Part shown: piece after piece, positions 10,062 to 20,398 of the stretch
Position numbering within the stretch: position 1 is the stretch's first letter
Layout: each line of letters begins with the position of its first letter
Origin: Rhodobiaceae bacterium
GTDB lineage: Bacteria; Pseudomonadota; Alphaproteobacteria; Rhizobiales; Tepidamorphaceae
Direction: 5' to 3'
DNA length: 64,000 nt
NCBI GenBank assembly: GCA_020637855.1
Contig: JACKJR010000005.1
Location: 83,340 to 147,339 of the forward strand
The notes under the pieces: generated by a model
Told to the model about the DNA's origin: nothing
The model's input: only the letters and a program-made list of their open reading frames with translations
Databases searched by the model: none
Position numbers and translations under genes: made by a program

Positions 10062-10795
10062 ATATCGTGACGCTTGCCGCCGCCCGGAAAAGTCAGGAGC
10101 AAGATCCAGCCGCGACCGGCATGCTCGACCTGCGCGGCGAGGCCTTGCAGGTCGATCCTTCCGGCGTTGTCTGGTGGCCGGACGAGCGCCTGCTGATCGT
10201 CGCCGACCTGCATCTTGAGAAGGGCGCATCGCTCGCCTCGCGCGGTGCGCTGATCCCGCCCTATGACACGGCGGCGACGCTGGCGCGGCTCGGCGAAGCG
10301 ATCTTGCGGCTGCGCCCCGCCCGCGTCATCGCTCTGGGCGACAGCTTCCATGACGAGAAGGTCAGCACCACGCTGCCGGAAGGTTTGCGCCAGCAGTTGC
10401 GCGGCCTGATGGCGGGAACCGAGTGGGTCTGGATTGCCGGTAATCACGATCCTCTGCCGCCTGCGGACATTGGCGGCGACTTCACGGCCGAACTCGGCTT
10501 GGGCCCGCTGCTGCTCCGCCATGAGCCGCAGCCCGGTCGCGCGCGCGGCGAAGTGTCCGGGCATCTGCACCCGGCAGCAAGCGTCACGGTGCGCGGGCGC
10601 TCGTTGCGCCGGCGTTGCGCGGCCTGTGACGGGGAGAGGATGATCCTGCCCGCTTTCGGTGCCTACACCGGCGGTCTCAATTTGCGCGACGATGCGTTTC
10701 GCGGCTTGTTCGACCCGGCAAGGCTCAATGCCTACATGCTCGGCGCACGCACGATCCATCGCGTTTCCGGACGTCGGATCGGGTACACGGGATAG
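10058..10795 (+). CDS. pdeM: Ligase-associated metallophosphoesterase/endonuclease
   Basis: ADLHLEKG, LGDSFHD, GNHD, GHLHP, PAFG. Its start overlaps the helicase stop. Confidence 0.9.
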   Translation: MNIVTLAAARKSQEQDPAATGMLDLRGEALQVDPSGVVWWPDERLLIVADLHLEKGASLASRGALIPPYDTAATLARLGEAILRLRPARVIALGDSFHDEKVSTTLPEGLRQQLRGLMAGTEWVWIAGNHDPLPPADIGGDFTAELGLGPLLLRHEPQPGRARGEVSGHLHPAASVTVRGRSLRRRCAACDGERMILPAFGAYTGGLNLRDDAFRGLFDPARLNAYMLGARTIHRVSGRRIGYTG

Positions 10796-10799
10796 GAAA

Positions 10800-11585
10800 T
10801 CACGATTGCCGGAACAGCAGGCCGGCAAGCCACCCAAGCGCAATGGCGATTGCCACCGCCGCACCGCCATAAACAAGCGGCTGGTCTTGCGAGGCTTCGT
10901 ACACAAAGGCCTCGAAGCCTGTCTTGCGGACACCGAAATTCAGGGCCTCGCGCGCAAGAAGCGCGCCGTCGCGAAACAGGTAGAGCTCGATCCGGTAAGG
11001 CCCGGTCCGGATGTTGGATGGCAGGCGGATGCGGGTCGAGAAAATGTGCTCGTTTAGAAAGCTGACACCTGACGGAGCCTCGCTGAACAACCCGTTTGCA
11101 AGCCTGAGCCGGATCAGGGCGGTAGAGAAAACCAGCCGCTCGGCTTCCATGATTGGCTGGGCAGGCTGAAACCCGAGATTGGTCAGGCCGATCTCGTAGC
11201 GCTGCAGAACGCTTTCATCGGCAACCAGCGAAAGGGAGCGGTTGGACTGAACCGAATAATAGGTCGGGATGCCGCGAAACCGGATCGCGTCCCGGTTGAG
11301 CCAGATACCTGAGAACTTCTGCTTGCGCCTGACGACCGGCCATTCGTTGGGACCGCGCACGACCGAAACGAGATCGTATGTTCCAGATCTTCCCACAGTT
11401 GCGGCATCGCGTTCGATTGCTCCGAACAGCGTCAGCGCCGTGCCTGTGAAGTTGGAACGGATGAATACGGTTTCCTGCGACAGGGCGGCTACGAGTTTTT
11501 CGGCCTGAGATGGCTTTATTCCTGCAGCCAGGCCGGCAGCGGCAATGAAAAGAAATGCCAGAAATCTCGCGCCGGGCATCGTCAT
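10800..11585 (-). CDS. TIGR02186-family (Alph_Pro_TM) membrane-anchored protein
   Basis: Signal peptide, I.SNFTG..L.LFG, VRRK...GIWLN, P.YY, C-terminal TM helix; coupled to a TauE gene. Confidence 0.8.
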   Translation of the reverse strand: MTMPGARFLAFLFIAAAGLAAGIKPSQAEKLVAALSQETVFIRSNFTGTALTLFGAIERDAATVGRSGTYDLVSVVRGPNEWPVVRRKQKFSGIWLNRDAIRFRGIPTYYSVQSNRSLSLVADESVLQRYEIGLTNLGFQPAQPIMEAERLVFSTALIRLRLANGLFSEAPSGVSFLNEHIFSTRIRLPSNIRTGPYRIELYLFRDGALLAREALNFGVRKTGFEAFVYEASQDQPLVYGGAAVAIAIALGWLAGLLFRQS

Positions 11586-12514
11586 GCGATCATCTTTCCG
11601 GCAAGCGCGGTGATCGAGAAGGCTTCGTCAGGCGTCGTCACGAGCCGCATGATCAGGCGCGCGCAGACCGCCAGAACGAGCAGCGCCAGCAAGGCACGTA
11701 ACTCATCGGCCTTGAGCTTTTGCGCTGCCTGCACGCCGATTTGCGCGCCAAGCACGCTTGCGATCATGAGCAGCGCGGCCAGAACGACGTCGACCGTTCC
11801 GTTCATGATCGCCTGCATCATGGTGGTGAAGGCGGCGACAAAAACGATCTGGAACAGCGAGGTTCCGATAACGACATTGGTCGGCACCCGCAGCAGATAG
11901 ATCATCGCCGGCACCATGATGAAGCCGCCGCCGACGCCCATGATCGCGGATAACAGGCCGACGGCACCGCCAAGCCCCATCACCGGGAATATGCTGATGT
12001 AGAGCTTGGAGCGCTTGAACCGCATCTTGACGGGCAGGCGTTCGGCCCATGAGTGCGCGCCCGGCCGGCGCAGGGAGAGCGGGCGCCCGTGCCGGCGCTT
12101 GATGATCGCCCGTACGCTCTCGAACATCATCAGCGAGCCGATGACGCCGAGAAACGCCACATAGAACAGGGCAATCACCGTATCGAGGTAACCCAGCTGG
12201 CGAAGGATGCGGAAGGCATAGACACCGATGGCAGCACCGATGATGCCGCCTGCAAGGAGAACCAGGCCGAGATCGCGGTCGACTGCATTGCGCCGCCAGT
12301 GGGCCAGCATGCCTGAAACCGATGAGGCAATGACCTGATTGGCACCCGTTGCAACGGCGACTGCGGGTGAAATGCCCGAGAAGATCAGTAGCGGCGTGAT
12401 CAGGAACCCGCCGCCAATGCCGAACATGCCCGCAAGGATGCCGACAGCCGCACCCATCCCGAAGATCGCCAATGCGTTGACGGTGATCTCGGCGATCGGC
12501 AGATAGACTTCCAT
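11582..12514 (-). CDS. TauE/SafE-family sulfite exporter-like permease
   Basis: MEVYLPIAE, GMFGIGGGFLITP and its repeat GVGGGFIMVPAM, GTSLFQ. Confidence 0.88.
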   Translation of the reverse strand: MEVYLPIAEITVNALAIFGMGAAVGILAGMFGIGGGFLITPLLIFSGISPAVAVATGANQVIASSVSGMLAHWRRNAVDRDLGLVLLAGGIIGAAIGVYAFRILRQLGYLDTVIALFYVAFLGVIGSLMMFESVRAIIKRRHGRPLSLRRPGAHSWAERLPVKMRFKRSKLYISIFPVMGLGGAVGLLSAIMGVGGGFIMVPAMIYLLRVPTNVVIGTSLFQIVFVAAFTTMMQAIMNGTVDVVLAALLMIASVLGAQIGVQAAQKLKADELRALLALLVLAVCARLIMRLVTTPDEAFSITALAGKMIA

Positions 12515-12712
12515 CGAACTCGTCTGTGTTCGCGTGCGGCCCTGTCGCGCAAACCAATTCGGCCCGAATAATCAGCCAGCTTCAGCCTGCACACTTGGCA
12601 TACCGATAAACGCCTGTTTGCGCTGCGGTTCAAGGGCTGCCGCGAAATAGCGCACCGGCGTGATGCTATGAACACGCCGGTGTGGCTGTGAAGACACCGT
12701 TTTCGGCAAATA

Positions 12713-15700
12713 TCAGCCTGTGGCGCTCTTAAGCGAAGTCAGCAGGTCGGGTGTCGCGATACCGGTCGGAATCAGGCCGTTCGCAGTCTGGAACGCCTTG
12801 ATGGCGTCACGCGTGCGCGGTCCCATCAGGCCATCGGCAGGGCCGGCGTCAAAACCAAGCTGGTTCAGCATCGTCTGCGTTGCACGCACAACCACTTTCG
12901 CGTCGAGTGCATCATCCAGACCCGCTTCATCCCATGACGTGCCGGCCTTGACGACATTGGCGCTGTCGACAAGCGGTGTTGCTTCCCAATTGCGCGCCAT
13001 CCGCTTGGCCACGGCCACATCGTCTGCGCTCAGGCTGGATGCGATCTCGTCGCGCTTTTGCTCGGCTTCCCTGTCGCCCTGTGCTGCAGCGATGGCGAAC
13101 CACTTGTAGGCTTCCTTCTGGTCGGCCTCGATGCCGAGACCGCGCGCGTAGAGGATCGCCAGATTGAACTGACTGTCGCGAAGACCGTGTTCTGCAGCCT
13201 GACGGAACCAGCGGGCGGCTTCCTCGAAGTTAGCCTCGCCTTTGGCGCCTTGTGCGTTCAGCACGGCAAGATTGTGCATCGCCTTGCGGTTGCCCTGGTC
13301 GGCGGCGCGCATGTACCACATCTCGGCCATGGAGATGTCGCGGGTTACGCCATGACCTTTCTCGTACAGGCTGCCGAGGCGGTATTGCGCCGGTGCCAGC
13401 CCTTGCGCGGCGGCGCGCTGGTACCAGTCGGCCGCCGCCTTCAGGTCCTGGGCGACGCCGCGGCCCTGCGTATAGCGCGAGCCGATCTCGAACTGTGCGG
13501 CCGGGTCACCGTCGATGGCGGCTCTCCGGAGGCTTTCCGGGCCGATGGCCGCAGGCAATTGCGTCAACGCGGCCTGCAGCGCTTCGGCTTCCTTGGCAGC
13601 CTCGCTTGCATCGAGACGCGGGCCCTTGCCGATTGAATTGGTTGTCATCGAGATGACGCGCGGTTCTTTTGCCGGTGCTTCGCTGAGACCGGGAAGCTTC
13701 GGCGCATCACCTGCCGGCGGAGTGCTGTTGCTTTCGCCTTCGGCAGGTGTGGCCTCGACCGGCTCGACTGGTGCGGGCGTCATTCCCGTATCGGCCGGCG
13801 TGGTGCCGGAATTTTCGGCCGCAGGCTCGGCTGGTGCAGGTTCCTCAGCAGGCGCCGGTGCTTCGTCTGCCGGCGGTGCTGGCGGTGCGATTTCGGCGGG
13901 CGCGGCCATCGTCGGAGGCGTGTCGCCAGCCGGCAATGTCGCGTCGGTGGGCGTGGACTGTTGCGCGATAGGCTCTCCGGACGGTCCATCCGAGGCGGTC
14001 ATCATGTTGTAGAGCTTAAGCGAGCCGACAACGATGATCAGCGCTGCCGAGATCATCACGATCGACTTGCGGGTTTTGCTCTTTTCCTTGGTCCCGGGAG
14101 CGATTGAACGCGCATCGCTCTCGGCTGCGGCTTTCTGGGCCGCACGGCGGGCCGCGGCGATGAAATCCTGTCTGTCGGCTTCGCTGGCGCGTTCGGATGC
14201 GGGCAGCGGGTCCGGTTTCGGGCGCCTTGGCGGTTGAGGCAGTGGGGCCGCTGATGCGGCGCCGGGTGCGAGCGGCAGATGCGCGTCTTCGCCATCGTCG
14301 CCGGCGGCCTCTTCCATATCCATTACGGGTATGGGGCTGTCGTCTTCGCCATCACCCGCTTGAGGCAGGTCCATGTAGGCGGGATCTTCCTCTATCGGCA
14401 GCGGGGCCGTTCCCATTGCCACGGACGGCATGTCTGTCGAAATCTGCGGCATCGGCAGATCGGGTTCGCCCATGCCGACAGGCTCGTCGGCATCATCAAA
14501 ACTGCCGGCGGAATCCACATGCACATCGTCATCGAGTGCGTCGGCAGCCGTCTGCGACAGCGTATAGATCGGATCGGTGTGTTTCTCGGCTTTTGCCGGA
14601 ACGGTTTCGATGCTCTCAAGGTCTCCTAGCCGCTCGACGATGGTCGTCAACACGTCGCGCATGACCTCGAGTGTCTGCTCGGTACGGGTGCTTGAGGATT
14701 CGCTGGCTGCGCGAAGCGAATTCAACTCGTGCTTCAGATTGTTGATGCTCATCGTGTCGGCAGTGTTGGCGCCGCCGCGGCCGAGCGTCGCCGCAACCTC
14801 TTGAGCAGCATGTTTTGCGGCGTCGATGGCACTTGTGCGCACCTGTTCGACACGGCGGACGAGTTCGCCCATCGCCTGGTCGATGTTCGGCGGGTTCGGG
14901 CGGCGGCGATCGGATTCCTCGACCATTTCCGCAAGCCGCGCGACTTGCGTCGCCAATTCGCCAACGGCACCCGGTGCGGTTTCGCCACCCTGAAGCGACA
15001 TGGATTCAAGCCGGTCGGCAAGTCCGGAGATGCGGGATTCGAGAGCTTCGAAGGCGCTCGAATCAAAATTGGCGACCGGTTCTCCACCGGAACGCGCCAT
15101 GATCTCGTCGAGCCGGTCCTGGATGCCGGCGAGAACGCCTGTATCCGTCCCGCCGGTTTCCTTCTGTGCCGCGATTTCTTCGAGCCGGGAGTTCATCCGG
15201 TCGAACTGCATCGCAATGTTCTTCAATGCCTGCGGTCCGGCATCGGCGCGCGCGCGGATCTCACTTCCCAGGTCTGCCAGCTGGCGTTCGATCGCGCCGG
15301 CGCTGTCCGCGGTCAGGCCATTGCCGCCGCTGGCGGCAATGGCCTCTATACGCTGGGCCATGGCGTCGAGGCGGCCTGCAAGAGCGTTGGCGATCCCATC
15401 GCCGGTGTGGCTCGTGTCGGCAACGGCCGAAGCGATCTCGATCAGCTTGTTTTCGATCCGCTCGAGATCGACCGGCTGATTCATCGCCGCCATTCGGTTC
15501 AGGGCCTCGCGCAGGGCGGAAATATTTGTCTTCGTGCCGCTTTCGATGCGCGAGCCGAGCTGGTTGATCTCCTTGCGGATGGCGGAGAGTTCGCCGCGGG
15601 TCGCCGTGTCGAGCTGCCCGGACAGATTGGCAAGCCTGTTTTCGAGCGTGTTGCCGAGATGTGCCGATGTGCCATCAACCCGCTTGGCAAGTTGTGCGAT

Positions 15701-16552
15701 ATCCTCGCGAAGAGCCGTGATTTCCGCTTTTCGGCTCGTGTCGGCCTGCATGGTGCGGGATTCCGCGTCGAGGTCCTTCTGGCGCTTCAGAATCTGGGAA
15801 ACGGCGCTGTCGATGCCGCCGATACGCCGGTTCAGTTCCGGATCGGTCGCTGAAACCATGCGCGAGCTTGGCGTGGAAGCAAGCCGGGCGTGTGTCGTTG
15901 GGCGTGGTACGGCCCTGAACTGCTTCGACATGGCGTCGAGCTTCTCTTCAAGCCGCTTCGTCTGCGCGGCAATCGCGGCATCCGCCTTTACCGGGGCGGC
16001 CTGCTCGTTGCGCGCCTTGAGCTGGCGTGAAATTTCGTCGAGGCGTTTTTCCAGCCGGGACACGGATGCATCGCCCTGGAGCGGCGCCTTCTGTGCGGCA
16101 GCCATGTTGGCCGAGATGCGGTCGAGGCGCTTGCCGATTTCCTTCAGTGCGTCGGATGCCGCATTGCGGCTGATCGGGAGGTCTTCGCCAACGACGCGGG
16201 CAAGGCCGCCCGCAAGCCCCTTGCCGTTCTTGCTGCCGCTCGACATGGCGTTCTGGAGTTCGCGCACGAGCGCATCTCCATCAGCGCTTGCGGCCTTACC
16301 GCCGCGCTCGGCCATGTCGGCGAGAAGTGATTCGATCGAATCGAGGCGATGTGAAAGCAGCCGCATCGCGGTGTGGTCGTCAGCTGCCGGGCGGCTGCCG
16401 CGGCCAGGGTCGCTGAAACCGAAATCATTGCCTGTGGCGCCATCGTCCTCGAACAGGGTATCTACCCATTCTTCAAGGGAAAGGCCTGCTTCCCGGGCGG
16501 CTTGGCGTGCTGCGCGCCGGACGTTCCGCTGCCGTGCTGAACTGTAGGCCAT
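12713..16552 (-). CDS. podJ: Polar organelle development protein (coiled coil, TM, Sel1 repeats, peptidoglycan-binding domain)
   Basis: N-terminal AARQAAREAGLSLEEW, long heptad region, DFIAAARRAAQ, one TM helix, Sel1 repeats (AQFEIG, AQYRLG, AMHNLA, SQFNLA), C-terminal DGLMGPRTRDAIKAFQ. Confidence 0.85.
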   Translation of the reverse strand: MAYSSARQRNVRRAARQAAREAGLSLEEWVDTLFEDDGATGNDFGFSDPGRGSRPAADDHTAMRLLSHRLDSIESLLADMAERGGKAASADGDALVRELQNAMSSGSKNGKGLAGGLARVVGEDLPISRNAASDALKEIGKRLDRISANMAAAQKAPLQGDASVSRLEKRLDEISRQLKARNEQAAPVKADAAIAAQTKRLEEKLDAMSKQFRAVPRPTTHARLASTPSSRMVSATDPELNRRIGGIDSAVSQILKRQKDLDAESRTMQADTSRKAEITALREDIAQLAKRVDGTSAHLGNTLENRLANLSGQLDTATRGELSAIRKEINQLGSRIESGTKTNISALREALNRMAAMNQPVDLERIENKLIEIASAVADTSHTGDGIANALAGRLDAMAQRIEAIAASGGNGLTADSAGAIERQLADLGSEIRARADAGPQALKNIAMQFDRMNSRLEEIAAQKETGGTDTGVLAGIQDRLDEIMARSGGEPVANFDSSAFEALESRISGLADRLESMSLQGGETAPGAVGELATQVARLAEMVEESDRRRPNPPNIDQAMGELVRRVEQVRTSAIDAAKHAAQEVAATLGRGGANTADTMSINNLKHELNSLRAASESSSTRTEQTLEVMRDVLTTIVERLGDLESIETVPAKAEKHTDPIYTLSQTAADALDDDVHVDSAGSFDDADEPVGMGEPDLPMPQISTDMPSVAMGTAPLPIEEDPAYMDLPQAGDGEDDSPIPVMDMEEAAGDDGEDAHLPLAPGAASAAPLPQPPRRPKPDPLPASERASEADRQDFIAAARRAAQKAAAESDARSIAPGTKEKSKTRKSIVMISAALIIVVGSLKLYNMMTASDGPSGEPIAQQSTPTDATLPAGDTPPTMAAPAEIAPPAPPADEAPAPAEEPAPAEPAAENSGTTPADTGMTPAPVEPVEATPAEGESNSTPPAGDAPKLPGLSEAPAKEPRVISMTTNSIGKGPRLDASEAAKEAEALQAALTQLPAAIGPESLRRAAIDGDPAAQFEIGSRYTQGRGVAQDLKAAADWYQRAAAQGLAPAQYRLGSLYEKGHGVTRDISMAEMWYMRAADQGNRKAMHNLAVLNAQGAKGEANFEEAARWFRQAAEHGLRDSQFNLAILYARGLGIEADQKEAYKWFAIAAAQGDREAEQKRDEIASSLSADDVAVAKRMARNWEATPLVDSANVVKAGTSWDEAGLDDALDAKVVVRATQTMLNQLGFDAGPADGLMGPRTRDAIKAFQTANGLIPTGIATPDLLTSLKSATG

Positions 16553-16653
16553 ACGCGTGCTCTTCTCTCACTAAGGACTTGCGGATTGCTGTTGGCGGAC
16601 GTTGTCTGCGCCCGGTCGCACGTGTCTCACCTTCCTTGCGACACAACAGATGA

Positions 16654-16681
16654 TTAACGTTCATGGTAAATGGAGGGTTAA
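16654..16681 (-). promoter_or_regulatory. Candidate CtrA site(s) upstream of podJ
   Basis: Minus strand TTAA-CCCTCCA-TTTAC (one mismatch to TTAA-N7-TTAAC) plus a TTAA half-site; GANTC at 16700-16704. Confidence 0.5.
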
Positions 16682-16779
16682 GCTGCGATCAGGATAACCG
16701 AATCAATGCTCGCGCAGCATTCCTGCCCATGGCATTGCGGACGGGGAAGATTGTTGCGAGATTGGCGGCAACAACGAAA

Positions 16780-16795
16780 TTGACGTTAACGTAAG
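16780..16795. promoter_or_regulatory. LiuR-type operator
   Basis: TTGACGTTAACGTAAG has the ACGT-ww-ACGT palindromic core and lies just upstream of a LiuR-like gene. Confidence 0.75.
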
Positions 16796-16836
16796 CGGAA
16801 GCTATTCGGGTTACAGCACGACAATTCAACCCGAGA

Positions 16837-17289
16837 GTGATCATGAAAGAGCATTTCACGCACTTTCCATCCGACGACGATACGAGCGACATTGAGCGCG
16901 CCCGGAAGCTGTTCACGATCAGCGATCTTGCCCGCGAATTCGGTGTCACCTTGCGCACCTTGCGCTTTTACGAGGACAAGGGTTTGCTCACGCCGAGGCG
17001 GGAGGGCAACGCCCGGCTCTACAGCCGCCGCGATCGTGCCCGCCTGAAGCTGGTTCTGATGGGCAAGCGGGTCGGCTTCAGCCTCGATGAAATCCGCGAG
17101 ATGCTGGATCTCTACGATCTGAAGGACGGCCAGGAGACCCAGTTGCGGGTGTCGCTGGAAAGATTCCGCGAGCAGATCGTTGCCCTGGAACGCCAGAAGC
17201 GCGACGTCGAGGAGGCGATCAGCGATCTGACACGCACCTGTGATGTCGTTGAGGGAATCCTGAAACAGCGCACTGCACAGGCAGGTTGA
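16837..17289 (+). CDS. liuR: MerR-family regulator, LiuR type
   Basis: TISDLAREFGVTLRTLRFYEDKGLL and LKLVLMGKRVGFSL; cognate operator upstream, acyl-CoA genes downstream. Start may be ATG 16843. Confidence 0.8.
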   Translation: MIMKEHFTHFPSDDDTSDIERARKLFTISDLAREFGVTLRTLRFYEDKGLLTPRREGNARLYSRRDRARLKLVLMGKRVGFSLDEIREMLDLYDLKDGQETQLRVSLERFREQIVALERQKRDVEEAISDLTRTCDVVEGILKQRTAQAG

Positions 17290-17371
17290 TTCTCCTGTCT
17301 GCACTGGAAAACGAATCGCCGGCTGATAGCGACAAGAAAACAAGCCGGCCGCTTTGTGGAGGACAAAGCCA

Positions 17372-19165
17372 ATGCCGACCTACAAGGCCCCCGTCGATGA
17401 CGCGTTGTTCCTGCTGAACGACGTGTTCAACTACGAGCGTTACGGCAACCTGCCCGGCTTCTCCGATGCAACGCCTGACGTGGTCAAGGCGATCCTGGAA
17501 GAAGGAAGCAAGTTTGCCGAGGAAGTGCTCCAGCCGCTCAACCAGGTTGGCGACCGGCAGGGCTGCAAGCGCGCTGACGATGGTTCCGTGACGACGCCGG
17601 AAGGCTTCAAGGCGGCATACGACCTGATGGCGCAAGCCGGCTGGATCGGGTTGATCGCCAGCCCCGACTACGGCGGCCAGGGCCTGCCCTATACGCTCGG
17701 CGTCATCCTCAACGAGTTCGTTTCCTCCGCCAACATGGCCTTTGGCATGTATCCGGGTCTGTCGAACGGCGCCTATGCCGCGCTCGACAAGCACGGCAGT
17801 GACGACCAGAAGAGCCTATACCTGCCCAGGCTCGCGTCCGGTGAGTGGTCCGGCACCATGAACCTGACCGAGCCGCATTGCGGCACGGACCTCGGCATGA
17901 TCCGCACCAAGGCCGTGCCGCAGGGCGACGGCAGCTACAAGATCACCGGCACCAAGATTTTCATTTCCGCCGGAGAGCACGATCTCACCGAAAACATCGT
18001 TCATCTCGTGCTCGCCCGCATCGAGGGCGCGGAGGAAGGCGTGAAAGGCATCTCGCTCTTCGTCGTGCCGAAGTTCCTTCCCCGTGGCGACGGCGATCCG
18101 GGCGAACGCAATCATGTTTCGTGCGGCTCCATCGAGGAAAAGATGGGCATCCACGGCAACGCGACCTGCGTCATGAATTACGACGAGGCCACCGGCTGGC
18201 TGATCGGCGAGGCGCACAAGGGCCTGCGCGCCATGTTCACGATGATGAACGAAGCGCGCCTCGGCGTCGGCATTCAGGGGCTGGCGCAGTCCGAGGTTGC
18301 CTACCAGAACGCGGTTGAATATGCCCGCGACCGCTTGCAGGGCCGCGCGCTGACCGGCGACAAGGCGCCCGACAAGCCAGCCGACCCGATCATCGTTCAC
18401 CCGGATGTGCGCCGCATGCTGATGAACCAGAAGGCCTTCAACGAGGCAGCGCGCGCCCTCGTCATCTGGTCTGCGCTGAAGGCCGATGTCACCCGCGGGT
18501 CGCAGGATGAAGCCGAAAAGCAGGCCGCAGAGGATCACATGGGCCTGCTGACGCCGGTGATCAAAGGCGTGCTGACCGACACCGGTTTCATGAACGCGGT
18601 CGCCGCCCAGCAGGTCTATGGCGGCCACGGCTACATCGCCGAGCACGGCATGGAGCAGTTCGTCCGCGACGCGCGGATCGCCCAGATCTACGAAGGAGCA
18701 AACGGCATTCAGGCGCTCGACCTTGTCGGTCGCAAGCTGCCGCGCGATGGCGGCCGCGCCATGATGGCCTTCTTCAAGGAAGTTACCGACTTTGCCACCG
18801 AGCACAGCGAAGACGAAGCGATGAAGCCTTACGTCGAACCCCTTGGTAAGGCGGCAAAGGACCTCGAACGCGCCACCATGTGGTTCATGGCCAACGCCAT
18901 GGCCAAGCCCGATAATGCCGGTGCCGGATCGACCGACTACCTGCACCTGTTCGGCCTCGTCGCGCTGGCCTACATGTGGGCCATGATCGCAAAGACGGCG
19001 CAAGCCAAGATCGCGGCGGGCGATGGCGACAAGGCCTGGCTCGAAGCCAAGCTGGTGACGGGGCGCTATTTCATGCAGCGCATCCTGCCCGAGACCGGCG
19101 CGCATGTGCGCCGCATCGAGACGGGCGCCGACACCATGATGGCGCTGCCCGCGGAAGCGTTCTGA
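17372..19165 (+). CDS. Acyl-CoA dehydrogenase (about 600 aa, DmdC/FadE5-like group)
   Basis: MPTYKAP, GTMNLTEPHCGTDLG, GTKIFIS, KMGIHGNATC, GGHGYI, IYEGANGIQ; RBS GGAGGA. Confidence 0.92.
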   Translation: MPTYKAPVDDALFLLNDVFNYERYGNLPGFSDATPDVVKAILEEGSKFAEEVLQPLNQVGDRQGCKRADDGSVTTPEGFKAAYDLMAQAGWIGLIASPDYGGQGLPYTLGVILNEFVSSANMAFGMYPGLSNGAYAALDKHGSDDQKSLYLPRLASGEWSGTMNLTEPHCGTDLGMIRTKAVPQGDGSYKITGTKIFISAGEHDLTENIVHLVLARIEGAEEGVKGISLFVVPKFLPRGDGDPGERNHVSCGSIEEKMGIHGNATCVMNYDEATGWLIGEAHKGLRAMFTMMNEARLGVGIQGLAQSEVAYQNAVEYARDRLQGRALTGDKAPDKPADPIIVHPDVRRMLMNQKAFNEAARALVIWSALKADVTRGSQDEAEKQAAEDHMGLLTPVIKGVLTDTGFMNAVAAQQVYGGHGYIAEHGMEQFVRDARIAQIYEGANGIQALDLVGRKLPRDGGRAMMAFFKEVTDFATEHSEDEAMKPYVEPLGKAAKDLERATMWFMANAMAKPDNAGAGSTDYLHLFGLVALAYMWAMIAKTAQAKIAAGDGDKAWLEAKLVTGRYFMQRILPETGAHVRRIETGADTMMALPAEAF

Positions 19166-19184
19166 GCAGGAGGGGAAATAACAC

Positions 19185-20342
19185 ATGCCGGCCATCGATC
19201 TGCCCCGCCCGCACTGGATGAACGAGGATCACGCGATCCTTGCCGATGCCGCGCTGAAATTCTTTGAAACCGAATTCGCCGGAAAGGCTGACGACTGGGA
19301 AAAGACCGGTATGGTCGAGCGCGCCGACTGGGAGAAGACCGGCGAGGCGGGTTTGCTCTGCGCCGCCATGCCGGAGGAATATGGCGGTGCCGGCGGCACC
19401 TTCGCCCATGAGGCGGTGATCACCCACGCGTTGGGTTTGGCCGGTCTCGACAGCTTCGGCATCGCGCTGCATTCGGCGATCGTCGCCCCCTACATCCTGC
19501 ATTTCGGCACCGAGGAACAGAAACGCCGCTGGCTGCCGAAACTCGCCACCGGCGAACTGATCGGCGCGATCGCCATGACCGAGCCCGGCGCGGGCTCCGA
19601 CCTGCAGGGCGTGCGCACCTCGGCCAAGCGCGACGGCAACGGCTACGTCATCGACGGCCAGAAGACCTTCATCACCAATGGCCAGCACGCCAACCTGATC
19701 ATCGTTGTCGCCAAGACCGATCCATCCGCAGGCGCCAAGGGCACCTCGCTCTTCGTGGTCGAGACCGACGAGGTGGAAGGCTTCCGCCGTGGCCGCAATC
19801 TCGACAAGGTTGGCCTGAAGGGCAACGACACCTCCGAGCTGTTCTTCGACGAAGTGCGTGTGCCCGCCGACAGCCTGCTCGGCACCGAGGAAGGCCAGGG
19901 CTTCGCCCAGCTGATGACCGAACTGCCGCAGGAGCGGTTGCTGGTGGCGGTGCAGGGCATTGCGATGATCGAACGCGCGCTCGACGTCACGATTGGCTAC
20001 ACGAAGGAACGCAAGGCCTTCGGCAAAAGCATCCTTGAGTTCCAGAACACCCAGTTCACGCTGGCCGAGGCCAAAACCGAGGCGACCGTGGCCCGTGTTT
20101 TCGTCGATCACTGCATAGAACGTCTTGTCGCCGGAACGCTCGACACCGTCACCGCTTCGATGGCCAAGTACTGGGTCACCGATCTGCAATGCAAGATCGT
20201 CGACGACTGCCTGCAGCTGCATGGCGGTTACGGCTACATGGACGAATACCCGATCTCGCGCATGTTCCGCGATGCCCGCGTTCAGCGCATCTACGCCGGA
20301 ACCAACGAGATCATGAAGGTTCTGATTGCCCGCAGTCTCTAG
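19185..20342 (+). CDS. Acyl-CoA dehydrogenase (long-chain type)
   Basis: IAMTEPGAGSD, GQKTFITNG, DTSELFF, LQLHGGYGY, IYAGTNEIMK. Confidence 0.93.
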   Translation: MPAIDLPRPHWMNEDHAILADAALKFFETEFAGKADDWEKTGMVERADWEKTGEAGLLCAAMPEEYGGAGGTFAHEAVITHALGLAGLDSFGIALHSAIVAPYILHFGTEEQKRRWLPKLATGELIGAIAMTEPGAGSDLQGVRTSAKRDGNGYVIDGQKTFITNGQHANLIIVVAKTDPSAGAKGTSLFVVETDEVEGFRRGRNLDKVGLKGNDTSELFFDEVRVPADSLLGTEEGQGFAQLMTELPQERLLVAVQGIAMIERALDVTIGYTKERKAFGKSILEFQNTQFTLAEAKTEATVARVFVDHCIERLVAGTLDTVTASMAKYWVTDLQCKIVDDCLQLHGGYGYMDEYPISRMFRDARVQRIYAGTNEIMKVLIARSL

Positions 20343-20398
20343 CGGGATAAAAACCGGGATTTGAAATTCGGCGGAGAAACCGCCGTCAGGAGGATGAG

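Noticed and set aside
7410-10229. Long antisense ORFs (939 aa here; also 3891-5633, 32546-34585, 47225-49585, 50493-52577, 56763-58178)
   Set aside because: Shadow frames opposite well-supported genes, expected with high-GC codon bias; no recognisable motifs.
13700-14300. Pro/Ala/Glu-rich low-complexity stretch as a tandem repeat
   Set aside because: Disordered linker regions of PodJ; no DNA-level periodic repeat.
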